Below, one piece after another: positions 12,030 through 24,859 of a stretch of DNA of 64,000 nucleotides. The first letter of the stretch is position 1; every line of letters begins with the position of its first letter. Under the pieces are notes generated by a model. That model worked only from the letters and a program-made list of their open reading frames with translations, made no database searches and had not been told where the DNA came from. This DNA is from Octopus sinensis. Its lineage: Eukaryota. The position numbers were made by a program, and so were the translations under genes. The DNA is taken from positions 21,390,001-21,454,000 of the forward strand of contig NC_043008.1 in NCBI RefSeq assembly GCF_006345805.1, written 5' to 3'.

Positions 12030-12433
12030 TTTTAAATTTTAGCATCAGACCAGCAGTTTTCGGGGAGCGGCCAAGTCGTTTACTTCGACCCAAATACTTT
12101 ATTAGTACATTTTACTGACTCCGAAAGGGATGAAAGATAAAATTGACCTTGGCAGAATTTCAAGTGGACTCAGAACATAAAGAGGGAGGAAGTGCTACTC
12201 ATCATTTTTAACACAGCGTGCTAACAATTCTCTTCTACTTTAGGCACAAGACCCGCAATTTAGGGGGGGGGGGCGTCGATTAGATCGACCCCCAGTACGA
12301 AACAAGTACTTAATTTATCGACTCCGAAAGGATGAAAGGCAAGGTCGACCTCGGAGGAATTTGAACTCAAAATGTAAAGACAGACGAAATACCGCTAAGC
12401 ATGTGTGCTAAAGATTCTGCTAGCTCATCGCTC
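12030..12433 (-). mobile_element. Two adjacent degenerate SINE family B-type copies
   Basis: Both contain the CCGAAAGGATGAAAG..AAGGTCGACCTCGG.GGAATTTGAACTCA block in reverse orientation. Confidence 0.8.
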
Positions 12434-13048
12434 TGAGTTTTAAATCTATTGAGAACAGTTATATCACAGTTCCGGTAGCAGGAATCCGTCCGCTGATTCT
12501 GTAGATTGTAATCTGCCGCACTAATAATTTGTCCAGCTAATATTTCACTGTCATCACGCATAAACAAATAATTCCCTTTCAATGTTCAGTGAAATATTGA
12601 CACACAAATACTTCTGACCAAGAAATTATTATTCTACGTTCATTAAAAACTGCAATTAACAATTTATAATTTATATTGGCGAAACAGTCATAAAAATGTA
12701 AATTATTAGATTAATTAAGCTCATTATATAATCTCTATTCAGTGAATGATTTTTGTGACCTTTATCGGGTCAGTAGGATACCAGACTAAATGCAGTATTG
12801 CAGTATTCTGAACAAAATAGTTTAGTGAGCTCAAATACGGTAGGAGTATGATTGTTTCCTTTTTATCTCCATGTATTTTGATGAAATCGGGTTTTTAATG
12901 GGATCGTTTCAATAGACACAGAAACGGAACTGCAGAAAGTCGTACAGTGGCGCTAACCAGTAATTAAATATCCCACTTTATATTCAACAATTCATTTAAT
13001 AGTTACTATATTAATTTGCTTATTTTTACAGTAATAATAGAATACTAT

Positions 13049-13170
13049 AGGCGCATGAGTGGGTGAGTGTTAAGTAGCTTGCTTACCATCCACATGGTTC
13101 CGGGTTCAGTCCCACTGCGTGGCACCTTCGGAAAGTGTCTTCTACTATAGTCTCGAGCCGACCAAAGCCT
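13049..13170 (+). mobile_element. SINE family A head fragment
   Basis: AGGCGCATGAGTGG...CACATGGTTCCGGGTTCAGTCCCACTGCGTGGCACCTTCGGAAAGTGTCTTCTACTATAG. Confidence 0.85.
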
Positions 13171-13217
13171 ATGTATATACACACCAACACACACACACCA
13201 CACACACACACACACCC

Positions 13218-13264
<47 letters not shown>

Positions 13265-13295
13265 AATGTGACACGTGTGTACCGCTGGCGATTTT

Positions 13296-13470
13296 TTTCC
13301 TCCGTCTCCCTTCTTTGGTTCTTTCTTTTTCCTATGTTTCTGATGAAGAGCTCCACGCGAAACGTTAAACCCTCCTTCTTTCCTTCTTTCCTGAGCGTCC
13401 AATAATACTATATTTGTTCCACGTCCTCGCGTTGTTGTGTTTTCTCTTTATGTTTTCATGTTTGGATAAT
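13296..13470 (+). mobile_element. Hammerhead-bearing interspersed repeat (copy 1; paralog at 48463-48640)
   Basis: ~175 bp alignable with 48463-48640 (TTTCCTCCGT...CCTATGTTTCTGAYGAA...GTTCCACGTCCTCGCGTTGTTGTGTTTTCTCTTT...CATGTTTGGAT); flanked by (TA)n. Confidence 0.8.
13336..13370 (+). ncRNA. Minimal type I hammerhead ribozyme motif (stem II damaged)
   Basis: GTTT-CTGATGA-A-GAGCTCCACGC-GAAAC-GTT|AAAC; stem I GTTT/AAAC, loopless palindromic stem III ACGT. Confidence 0.7.
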
Positions 13471-13508
<38 letters not shown>

Positions 13509-13509
13509 C

Positions 13510-13540
<31 letters not shown>

Positions 13541-13856
13541 TGTGTGTGTGTGTGTGTGTGTTTGTGCTCGTGTTTGTTTGTTGTGTGTGTGTGTGTAATA
13601 AAATAGATTTTAGTGTCGTTCACCATCAGTTGAAAGACATTAACGACATATTGAAAGTGAAATGGTTACATTTGAAAATAATGGGTTGCAGTGTTAACTT
13701 TAAACGTAACCTACCAGGACATTGACACTGACCTGTTAGCAAAATAGAATTGGTTGTCAATAATGTTTTACTCCTGATCAACACTGAGCGAATGAACGTA
13801 TGAACAGAAGCGCTATAACCGTGACTATCCCATTTATTTTACTTATATTTAATTCG

Positions 13857-14265
13857 TTATTGCCCACAATGGGCTAAACATAGAGGGGACAAACAAGGAC
13901 AGACAAAGGGACTAAATCGATTACATCGACCCCAGTGCGTAACTGGTATTTAATTTATCGACCCCGAAAGGATAAAAGCAAAGTCGACCTCGGCGGAATT
14001 TGAACTCAGAAAGTAACGGCAGACGAAATACCTATTTCTTTACTGCCCACAAGGGGCTAAACTCAGAGAGGATAAAGAATGACAGACAAACGGATTAAGT
14101 CGATTATATCGACCCCAGTGCATAACTGGTACTTAATTTATCGACCCCGAAAGGATGAAAGGCAAAGTCGACCTCGGCGGAATTTGAACTCAGAACGTAA
14201 CGGCAGACGAAATACCGCTACGCATTTCGCCCTGCGTGCTAACGATTCTGCCAGCTCGTCGCCTT
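13857..14265 (-). mobile_element. SINE family B dimer (one head, two body units)
   Basis: Two ~180-bp units joined at GACGAAATACC|TATTTCTTTA (14032/14033); tRNA-like head at the right end (reverse complement AAGGCGACGAGCTGGCAGAATCGTTAG). Confidence 0.9.
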
Positions 14266-15010
14266 TTGTTTTACTTATATTTTCAGGTGATACATTTTCC
14301 AGTCCGTTCTTTTTTCGAGATGCTAGAGTATAATTTGAAACAGAGATTGCTGCTATTTCTAGCAGATCAAACAATCGCGTAGAACCTCTAGAAACTCCCT
14401 TGTTGGTCCGACTGAAATCTCTCTTGGAATCTATCGATATTGATTTCTTTTGTAGGTACGAAGGCAATATTTGTAGAGAAGTGTGTGTCTATGAGGGAAA
14501 AGGAATAATGGGCGACTAAGTAGGAATTGAACTTCGATGATAGAGAGTTGAACATAAACTCTATAAAGATCCCTCCCTCACTATCTCAGCCATCTACCAC
14601 CACCCATGCTGCAAGTAAAATAATTTCTTAATGTCAGACTTTTGGAAGAGGACAACTATAAGTAATTACATCGCTCAATATGTTTGTGGCAGATATTTTA
14701 CTGTTCCTGAAGGATTGAAGAATAAAACTAACCGCTGTAGGATTTATTTCTAGGAACACAAAGGGTTGAAACGAAATACTTCAATCATTTGGAAAATGTT
14801 TCATGTTGGTTTAAAGTCAAACATTTGAAGAGAAAACCTAAATTAAACCAATGTATTACTGTTATTGATTGTTTTAAAGTCAAGGTTGACCTCAGGACTT
14901 AAAGCGGTGACCTGCTAATTATAATCCTCCGTTGCTCTAAAAAGAAAAAGGCATTGCCAGATTGCTTAGTACGTTGTACAACAAGCTTTGCGTTATTTAT
15001 TACTGATACT

Positions 15011-15380
15011 AAGGCGGCGAGCTGGCAGAATCGTTAGCACGCTGGACGAAAATGCTAAGCCGTATTTCGTCTGCCGCTATGTTCTGAGTTCAAATTCAGC
15101 CGAGGTCGACTTTGCCTTTCATCCTTTCGGGGTCGATAAATTAAGTACCAGCCACGCACTGTCTGTCCTTGTTTGTCCCCTCTATGTTTAGACCCTTGTG
15201 GGCAATATAGAAATAGGTATTTCGTCAGTCTTCACGTTCTGTGTTCAAATTCTGCCGAGGTCGACTTTGCTTTTCTTCCTTTCGGGGTCGATAAACTAAG
15301 TACCAGTTACGCACTGGGGTCGTTTCTAATTGACTCATCCCTCCTCCAAAATTTCAGGCCTTGTGCCTATAGTAGAAATG
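15011..15380 (+). mobile_element. SINE family B dimer
   Basis: AAGGCGGCGAGCTGGCAGAATCGTTAGCACG head, B-box-like GAGTTCAAATTC, junction GAAATA|GGTATTTCGTC at 15215/15216. Confidence 0.9.
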
Positions 15381-15519
15381 ATGATTTATTACTGATATTT
15401 AAGATACGAGTTCAAATCAGGCTGAGTTCAACTCTACCTTTCACCCTAATGGATCTAAAATGTGAGAAATCAGTCAGTATTGTACTTGATGTTATTGAAT
15501 AAATCCTATACACAAAGAA

Positions 15520-15666
15520 ATGGCGACGTGCTTGCTTTGAAACTATGTGGTTTCGGGTTCAGTACTACAGTGCAGTGGCACTTTGGGTGAGTGTATTCAG
15601 CTGTTACTCGGAGCCGAACAATGTCTTATAAATATTTGGTAGATGGAAACTGTACAAGTCCGTTGC

Positions 15667-15670
<4 letters not shown>
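15520..15670 (+). mobile_element. Old SINE family A head fragment
   Basis: GTGGTTTCGGGTTCAGT...GGCACTTTGGGTGAGTG...TTTGGTAGATGGAAACTG. Confidence 0.65.
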
Positions 15671-15716
<46 letters not shown>

Positions 15717-15833
15717 TATATATAGATATATAGATAGATAGATAAAACTTACTTGGGAGAGAATATAAATAATATATGCATATATACATATATGTATACA
15801 CCTACACACGCACATACATATATATATATATAT

Positions 15834-16730
15834 GCATATGGATACAGGACATAAAAAAAAACGTAGGCAGAATGAGAAACGAGAACATAAACAGAAACAT
15901 AGAAAACGAACATTAAGAGCATTCCCTTCAACAGTTGTCCCCTGTTATATCAACTCCTCGTTCGAAGGAAAGGACAAGACGCGACTTCCTTAAAACGGTC
16001 CTTCCCGCAAAGCAAATTGAATAAAATTTGGGATTTTTTTGCGGAGAGTGAAAGTGGTAACAAAAACAGGGCAGTGAGAACAAAACAGTGAAAACAAACG
16101 GTGAGGGTTTTTTCCAAATACATTTTATCCTAATAATTACGATGCGCACACTTATTCTATCTCTTTTCTGTCTATCTCTCTCCCGGTCTTGTTCTTCTTC
16201 CTTTCTTTTTTTCTCTCCCACCCTTTCCCTATTTTCTCCTCTCCACTTCACCATTCCCTCTCTGTCTCTCACTCTTCCTCCTTGACTCTCTCGTTGCTCA
16301 CACGTCACCAACGGCCATTCTTTCTTTCTACGCCCTTCCTTAAAGACAAGACGTGCTTTTATCAGTCTCTTTCAAAGCTCGTTTTTCCAACGTTCACCAC
16401 TTCACATCGTCTTGACTTAATAGCCCACACCTTTTGTTTTCACTATTTTGTTCTCACTGTCCTGTTTTGTTACCATTTTCACCCTCCGCAAAACATCCCA
16501 AATTTTATTTAATTTGCTGTTTTAAGGAAGTCACGTCTTGTCCGTACCTTCAAAACGCAGATTAGGTAAAACAGGGTACAACTGATGAAAGGAATATTCT
16601 TAATCTTGCATGTGCTGTTTCTCTGTTTCTTCTTTCCGTTGTTCGAAAAAAGTTCCTTTTTTTTTTTTTTTTTTTATTTTCTCGTTTCTCATTCTGTCTA
16701 CGTTTTTTGATGTCCTGTACCCATATATGC
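15834..16730. mobile_element. ~900-bp foldback element with ~270-bp inverted arms
   Basis: GCATATGGATACAGGACATAAAAAAAAACGTAGGCAGAATGAGAAACGAGAA... vs ...TTCTCGTTTCTCATTCTGTCTACGTTTTTTGATGTCCTGTACCCATATATGC; inner arms GTGGTAACAAAAACAGGGCAGTGAGAACAAAACAGTGAAAACAA vs their reverse complement; a solo arm occurs at ~33195-33255. Confidence 0.8.
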
Positions 16731-16816
16731 ATGTATATATACATATACATATATATAGGTATGTACATATATGTATGTATATATGCATATATTTATATAT
16801 TATATATACATATTTA

Positions 16817-16848
<32 letters not shown>

Positions 16849-16884
16849 CATACATATGTGTGTGTGTGAGTGTGTGCGTGCACG

Positions 16885-17090
16885 TTTTGTGTCAGTATTT
16901 GTCCCTACGACTGCTTGACAACCAGTGTTGTTTTGTGTAAGTCCCTGTAACTTAGCGGTTCGGCAAAATAAATAAATCGAATAAGGACCCAACTTTAAAA
17001 GAAAAATAAGTACTGGGGCCGATTTATTCGACTAGAACCTCCAAGGGGATGCACCAGCATGGTCACAATCCAATAACTGAAAAAAAGTCC
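16885..17090 (+). mobile_element. SINE family A 3' half
   Basis: TGCTTGACAACCAG...GTAACTTAGCGGTTCGGCAAAA...CCAGCATGGTCACA...ACTGAAA. Confidence 0.8.
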
Positions 17091-17658
17091 AATAACAAAA
17101 GGTTAGAAAGACTGTCGGCCTTTCTCTGGATACGAACTAGGATGAATACACATATATAAAAGCAACTCTTCAGATGTGTAAACATTTCCCCCAGCGTGGG
17201 CCCACATGATTATCAATAGCTGTTATGGTCTGCAATGTTTTTTCACCCTAAAGAGAAGATAAAAATTCAGATTAGATAAAAGATCAGAAGACATAAAAAA
17301 AAGTCTTCCTGGTATTTCTTTAAGCAAATCTCAAGATATTATCATTGTCGATCACACAATGTCACACAATGTCACTGACATGGTGAAATAAATTTCAGCT
17401 GATAAAGTTGGACATTTCAAATAATTCCACTTTACTTTCTATTGTCTGAACTTGCCTCGTCTGCAAGCCTGACCCAGTTGCTAATACCGTCTGATTGGGT
17501 ATTAATTGAATATTGATTTAATAACCGAATTTTTGTTATATAATGTTCTAATGTTTTTTTTAGACATTGTTAATTATGATTTTAAAGTGTATATATGTGT
17601 ATGTATGTATATATTTGTGATTTATATGTAAAATACATTCATTCACGCACAGACCCCA

Positions 17659-17696
<38 letters not shown>

Positions 17697-17902
17697 ATAA
17701 TATATATATATTATATAATATATATAATATATATATATATATGTATATATATATTAATAATAATAATAATATGAGGGAATATATATAAGATGTAATTTTT
17801 CTAAATGGTATAATTTAATTTTCATTATTGAATTGATAAAAAGTGTTTTTTTCTAATTTACACACACACACACACACAGACACACAGACACACACACACA
17901 CA

Positions 17903-17957
<55 letters not shown>

Positions 17958-18407
17958 ATGTATACAGATAGATACAGATGTATTCTAGGCTACCCGTGAC
18001 CCGTTGGGTCACCTGGAAAGTCTGAGCGACGGAGTTTTGTTTCGTGTTTTTTTTTTCTTTTCAAGCTTATTCCGCATGCTTTCAACGAATGTGACGTAGA
18101 AATCACGTCTAAAAGGGCTCTTGACTGCTATTTCTTTCACACCCTCCTGCTACCTACCATGTAACAGGTATTTCGGGTCCTTTATCGCAAACAGCTGCTA
18201 CGTGGTAGGAGGGCGTGCTAGAAATAGCAGACAAATCTTTGGAGCTGAGATTCCTTGAATGCACTCGAAAAAGGGTTTTTAATGGTATTCCTTGGGGCGA
18301 TCTTTCGATTTGACTCTCAGAACAGTGACTTTGACTCTCAGGACTTTCATCCGGATCAGCTGGTTTTGTTCGTTAATTCCTGTAAAATATATTTATTTAT
18401 TTACTTT

Positions 18408-18467
18408 TGTTTCAAAGTGAAAGGGAGGAGAAAGTGAAAGATATATGAACGTATATATGAAATGGAC

Positions 18468-18509
<42 letters not shown>

Positions 18510-18759
18510 GTGCCAACTTACACATACGGGAAAACACACACGTTCCCTCACTCACTCTCTCTCTCTTTCTCTCTCTCACACACATGCGCAAGTACATACA
18601 AAAAAGATGTACGCATGTGTATTGATGTATTTATGTATACATGACAATACACCCCTCTCTCTTTCTATTTCTCTCTCTTTATCTCTTTCGCACACACACG
18701 CCCATTTCATATACACGTACATACATCTTTCATTTCCTCCCCTCTTTCACTTTAAAACA
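18408..18759. mobile_element. Foldback element with ~85-bp inverted arms and internal (GA)n/(CT)n
   Basis: TGTTTCAAAGTGAAAGGGAGGAGAAAGTGAAAGATATATGAACGTATATATGAAATGGACGTGTGTG vs CACACACGCCCATTTCATATACACGTACATACATCTTTCATTTCCTCCCCTCTTTCACTTTAAAACA. Confidence 0.75.
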
Positions 18760-19325
18760 AAAGGAAATAAATAAAATTTGTTTACGGAAATAAACGAATA
18801 AAGATAAAATATACATACTTACAGTATGAGCAACTTACACTTTGAAATCACATCCAGTTAAAATTATTTCTAAATGTTTAAGATATTGTGTACGTCAAAA
18901 AAGCGAAGTTTTTTTTCTTAGATAGTATGAAGTCTATGTGTGTGTATATGTCACAGATAGCGGAAGTGTGTTTGTGTTAATTGACAAGCCGTGACATTCA
19001 TGATATGTGTGTGTATTCTGTATGTGTGTATGTGTGTTGGCGTCACGAGAGCCATGTTTTTTCCATCCAGAAATAACAAACAAAAATTGTGTTTAATCGT
19101 TTTCATTAAAAAACGGAGGTCCAAATATCACAAAAATTTGTACTGCACTGCCGAAGGTAAGTATAAAAATAAATATGCAAAAATAATTAAGATAAAATAT
19201 ACTATTTCTGAGATATAGATATTTCGCGTACACACAAACATGTCTAGAGTTTTAGCATTATTAAGATATGTATGTATATATACATACATACATACATAGA
19301 TACATACATACATACACACACATAC

Positions 19326-19357
<32 letters not shown>

Positions 19358-19402
19358 TACATATATATGTATAGATAGACATATAAATATAAATATATAT
19401 AC

Positions 19403-19450
<48 letters not shown>

Positions 19451-19519
19451 TGTATGTATAAATATACATATATATACATACATACATAATTAGATAAAGA
19501 TAAATATGACCGGTCTATG

Positions 19520-19578
19520 GGGCTACCCTGGGTTTCGCGTCCAAAAGGCACTTATATTTATGGCGTTTCTTCAGGCCC
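19520..19578 (-). ncRNA. Minimal type I hammerhead ribozyme motif (stem II partly decayed)
   Basis: Minus strand: GGGC-CTGAAGA-A-ACGCCATAAA...TTTTGGACGC-GAAA-CCCAGGG-TA|GCCC; stem I GGGC/GCCC, stem III ACCC-A-GGGT. Confidence 0.7.
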
Positions 19579-19606
19579 TAATGGCCGGTGGTCTATGATC
19601 TCTCTT

Positions 19607-19942
<336 letters not shown>

Positions 19943-20789
19943 CCCATATATACATTGATATATGGAGACATACATACATATACATGTATGTGCGTCTGCT
20001 TGAATATGTGTTTGTGTGAATGCATTCATAAAATATACGTATATACATACATGTGTGTTTATGTGTGTGTCTGTGTATGTGTGTGTGCGTGCTTATACTT
20101 TTTTATTACCAATAATAAATACATTCTTAGTACAATATTTGAATTTAATTAAAATATTTGAAAACAAAAAGAAAAAGCTAAACTAACATCTAAGAAACAT
20201 TAATAATTTTTTTGAGAGCCATTGGTTTCTAGTTAACTATTTTAGTTATAATGAAGAACATTATATGTTTTTAATTATTTCTTTCTTTCGTTCATTAAAA
20301 GTTTTAATGAATCTATTTTCTGTGTTCATTGCTATAAAAAATTCGATTTTTATTCTTAACCAATAATTATTATTAAGTTCATTATCAATTCTATATTATG
20401 TGAATAAAATTTCATGCTTCATATTTCTCCACAATTGAAAAATTTAGTGATGTTTTTATGACAAAAAAATTCAGGGTATTTAGGTAATTCAACCATTTTT
20501 AATTATTTTAAAATAATGGCAGATACAGTTTTAAATATGGCCGCCGTGAAAATTGTATTTCGGTGAAATACAAGAGTTGATTCAATGTGTATCCTTCTGT
20601 TCAAGTGAGGAAGTGTCATCGAATTTCGAAAGGAGAAAAGTATTCTTTTGTAGTGAATTTGTCAAAGGATGGGAAACTGTTGAGAAAATAGCTAGAATGT
20701 ATAGAACTACTCTAAGCATGTGTAGGTTAGAAAACGACAGATGAAAGAGTAGACTTGCATTTGGTGGGATTTTTGATGTCCATTGACTG

Positions 20790-21150
20790 GCCCTAGTCTG
20801 AGGTCCTTTTGTATCAACCTTCAGTCATGAAGGACCATGGGATTGCACCAAGGAAGTTACCTTCCGAGGCTCAAGTCCGGTCAAGGTCGTTTATGGCAGA
20901 CCAGCAATCGCCGATACATAACAGCCTTCCACTCTCAATGCCACCGATGTTATCCAAAGGAAAGGCAAAAACTGATACAGCTTGGCACCAGTGACATTAT
21001 AACTCATTTCTACAGCTGAGTGAAGTGGAGCAAATATGAGATAAAGTGTCTTGCTCAAGAACACAACAAACAGCTTGGCTCCAGGAATCTAACTCACAAC
21101 CCGATGATTGTGAGTCCTACGCTCTAACCACCGAGCCAACAGCCTTCACA
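20790..21150 (-). mobile_element. tRNA-derived SINE family D
   Basis: Minus head TGTGAAGGCTGTTGGCTCGGTGGTTAGAGCGTAGGACTCACAATC...GAGTTAGATTCC followed by GTGTTCTTGAGCAAGACACTTTATCTC...CACTCAGCTG, a conserved SINE central-domain-like block. Confidence 0.75.
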
Positions 21151-21650
21151 TGACCACTGAATCGTACTTATATTCATGTATGTGTATGTTATGCTTGTTT
21201 TTTGTTTCATTTTCCTTATCCTACTTTATGTCACCTCTGTGTATAAATTGCCTTAGTAAATCACCTTCATCCTATAATTCGGTGGAAAAGGAAAAGGAAC
21301 AATCATAACAACAAAAATAATAACATCTAGGGTCATGTTGAGATGACCACTTAATAACGCACGAAAATAAGTAATCATTGTTTTAAATGATTCTCATATG
21401 TTAAATGATTTATCTAACCTATCTGTTATCGAAACGACTATAACCATATAATGAATGGTGTATTTATAAATTCCTCATTTTATCCAATCTATGTTATATT
21501 CTACAGTTGACGTAAAACAGCTGGGGTTTCAGCTGATGTGGGATGCGTTGTTTTACTGAAAGTTTTCACATCCAAATATCTTGTTAATCAAGATTTATGA
21601 GGTAATTGCCTAGGTGTCATACATCCCTCTTTACGTACTCTCTATATATT

Positions 21651-21878
21651 AAGGCGGCGAGCTGGCAGAATCGTTAGCACGCCGGGCGAAATTCTAAGCG
21701 GTATTTCGTCTGCAATTACGTTCTGAGTTCAAATTCCGCCGAGGTCGACTTTGCCTTTCATCCTTTCGGGGTCGATAAATTAAGTACCAGTTACGCACTG
21801 GAGTCGATGTAATCGACTTAATCAGTTTGTCCTTGTTTGTCCCCTCTGTGTTTAGCCCCTTGTGGGTAGTAAAGAAAT
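21651..21878 (+). mobile_element. SINE family B, full-length monomer
   Basis: AAGGCGGCGAGCTGGCAGAATCGTTAGCACGCCGGGCGAAAT...GAGTTCAAATTCCGCCGAGGTCGACTTTGCC...GGGTAGTAAAGAAATA. Confidence 0.95.
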
Positions 21879-21885
21879 ATATATA

Positions 21886-21928
<43 letters not shown>

Positions 21929-22503
21929 CTATGTATATCCTCATTCTCCTCTTCTGAATGATTTTTCTCCGTCTTTCATTCTGGCAATGTTTGGGCGTTT
22001 TGGCAGGATCCGATGAACCAGACGATCGCCCCAAATTTTACCATCGGCTTTGGCATGGTGTCTGTGGTCGGATGCCTTTCCTAACAACAGCTTCTTCTTC
22101 ACCAAGATGCCTGAATACAAACACATTTATGTATAATTATATATTTTTACGTATATGCGGAATATACGCAATTGAGACAGTGTTTAATTAAAATAGTCAT
22201 CTATTTATCACGCCTAAAGCATGCACATTAAGTATGATATAGTGATGTTTGTGTGTATGTATGTATGTATGTATGTATCTATCTATCTGTCTATCTATCT
22301 ATATATATATATATGTATATACAGATACACATATATACATATATACATATAAAATATATACGTATATATATACATAATCATATATATATATTATGTATAT
22401 ATATATATATATATACATATACATACATTCATATATATATATATATATATATATAATAATACATACATACATATATTATACATACATACATACATACATA
22501 CAT

Positions 22504-22556
<53 letters not shown>

Positions 22557-23254
22557 TACGTGTTCGTGTTACTGTTCTTTTCTGTGTGTGTTTGGATGTT
22601 TGATGCACCCGCGAAGCGAACTGACTGCCCCTAGTAGATCAGCTTGTGAACACTTCCTCAACATTGCATCGCCCAAATAACCTGTATTTAAATCATAGTG
22701 AGCACGACAGCAATGAGAAACAGACAAGTGTGCAATTGAAGGATGTACACCCGTATAATCGCACCTTATGGTACTTTCTCAATATCCTTTAGATGCTAGC
22801 ATGATCAATAATAAATTCTTTGTGGTCCTCTTAATTTATTGGCACGTTCGACTTTCTGTCAAATGTTGTCATACCTCATTAGGTTTCACTGTATGCAAAT
22901 TCTCACGTTCATTGCGCATTCCTTGATGCATAATTCACAATAGATATCGCAACGGATGCAATATGCTATTTCGTTTAACGGCACTTTAGTATAAATTATT
23001 TACAAGTCTCCGTGTAGTTTATAGACTTCATTTCACAAAAGCGAAGTAGTTAATAGACTGCGCTATACGCCAAGAAACATATATTTTTGACTTGAATATA
23101 TATACTTGGAAAATGCATATACACATATACACATATGCGCATGCTCACACGCATACAAGTACATCTCCTCTGTGACGGTGGTTGCATTTGCCCATTTCAG
23201 ACGCCATATTTGTTGAACAGAAGTAGTGAATATTTACATACTACCATTACTACT

Positions 23255-23544
23255 TGTGGAGGCACATGGCCTAGTGGTTAGAGCAGCGGATTCGTGGTCG
23301 GGAGATCGCGGGTTCGAATCTCATACCGGGCGATGTGTGTGTTTATGAGCGAAACACCTAAGTTCCATGTGGCTCCGGTGGCTGAATCTTTCGCCACAAC
23401 TTTCTCTCACTCTTTCCTCCTGGATCTTGTAGCTCACCTGCGACGCACCGGCGTCCCGTCCAGGTGGGGAACCTATACGTCAAGGAAACCGGGAAACCGG
23501 CCTTATGAGCCAGGTGTGGCTCGAGAAGGAACAAAAACAACAAA
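23255..23544 (+). mobile_element. tRNA-derived SINE family C
   Basis: A box TGGCCTAGTGGTTAG, B box GGTTCGAATCTC, tail GGCTCGAGAAGGAACAAAAACAACAAAC. Confidence 0.9.
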
Positions 23545-24786
23545 CTATTACTATTTTAGTTTTTCCTGTTCTTGCGCCATGGCAATGCTGTAGCCTGATC
23601 TGTTGGTTATATCGGTCCTAGGAGTGTGTTTTTAAAACATGGTCTTTAATTTGTCGTTCTCTACTTGTCGAATTGTTAAAGTACGGGATACAAACTGACG
23701 ATACGTAGGAAAGCATGCATATATATAATACTTATATACAAGCATGCATATATACTCATGCTAATGCATACAACTGAGACCCATATGCAAAATACTCCAC
23801 GGTAAGTGCAGTATATTTGCCTTTTAGCAGTTGAAATATGTGGCAAACATATTTCAACTAATCTAAATTCTGCTCATACCTAAACACAGCTTTGCGCCAA
23901 TGCTTCGTTATTTACCTTGATCGGGCGATCAACTAGCGCAGATCAGTCAACGTGTGGACTGAATTATATATAATGTTACAGTTTTATTAAGTTCGTTCTG
24001 AATTGCCTCTCTTAAGTACATCTCATTGACAAGAGTAAAAAAAAAACACTCGAAACAACAGTGTCTGAGATTCATAACAGATAGCGACACTGAACGAATT
24101 GGGTGTTTTCAAACCTTTTTACCATAAGATAGATTCTTTATCTTCACGGTAAGTGCAGTGTATTTGTCTGTTAGCAGTTCAAATATGTGACAAAACATAT
24201 TTCAAATAACCTAAATTCTGCTCACATATATACATGGGTATGTGTGTATGTGTGTACATATACAGACTCCAGCTCCCTCTACATCAGAATGATTCAAATA
24301 ATCAAAAATAGATTCATATTATACACATACATATATATACATACATACCTACATACACATACATATATACATACCTACATAAATACACACATACACATAT
24401 ATGAGACGGATGCAAGCTATAAGGCATTTGATTTATCTATTTAGTCTATCCCAATTTTAATTGCGTAACTATTTATCTGGTAATTCAACTTTGTATGTAA
24501 ATAAAGGCAAAAACCTAAACGCACGTGTTTATCTCACTGTGTTCCGTCTTTTTGCCTGTCTATAAGTGCTATCTATAAGTGAACCGAGCTTACTCCCTAC
24601 CAAAAATATGACGTTGGACGTTGGTTTGCTCTTCCCCTCCACCAATTCTGTGTTCAAATAAGTTTATATATGTATTTGTATATATATATATATATATATA
24701 CAAATACCTACATAAACTTATGTATGTATGAATGTATGTATGTATGTATGTATGTATGTATGTATGTATGTATGTATGTATGTATG

Positions 24787-24818
<32 letters not shown>

Positions 24819-24824
24819 CATACA

Positions 24825-24859
<35 letters not shown>

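Noticed and set aside
23265-23330. tRNA-like sequence (also the heads of SINE A, B and D)
   Set aside because: A/B boxes are present but run into SINE bodies and recur as dispersed repeats; no complete cloverleaf.
23692-23725. CTGACGA...GAAAGCATGCAT
   Set aside because: The A15.1-U16.1 pair and stem I cannot be formed.
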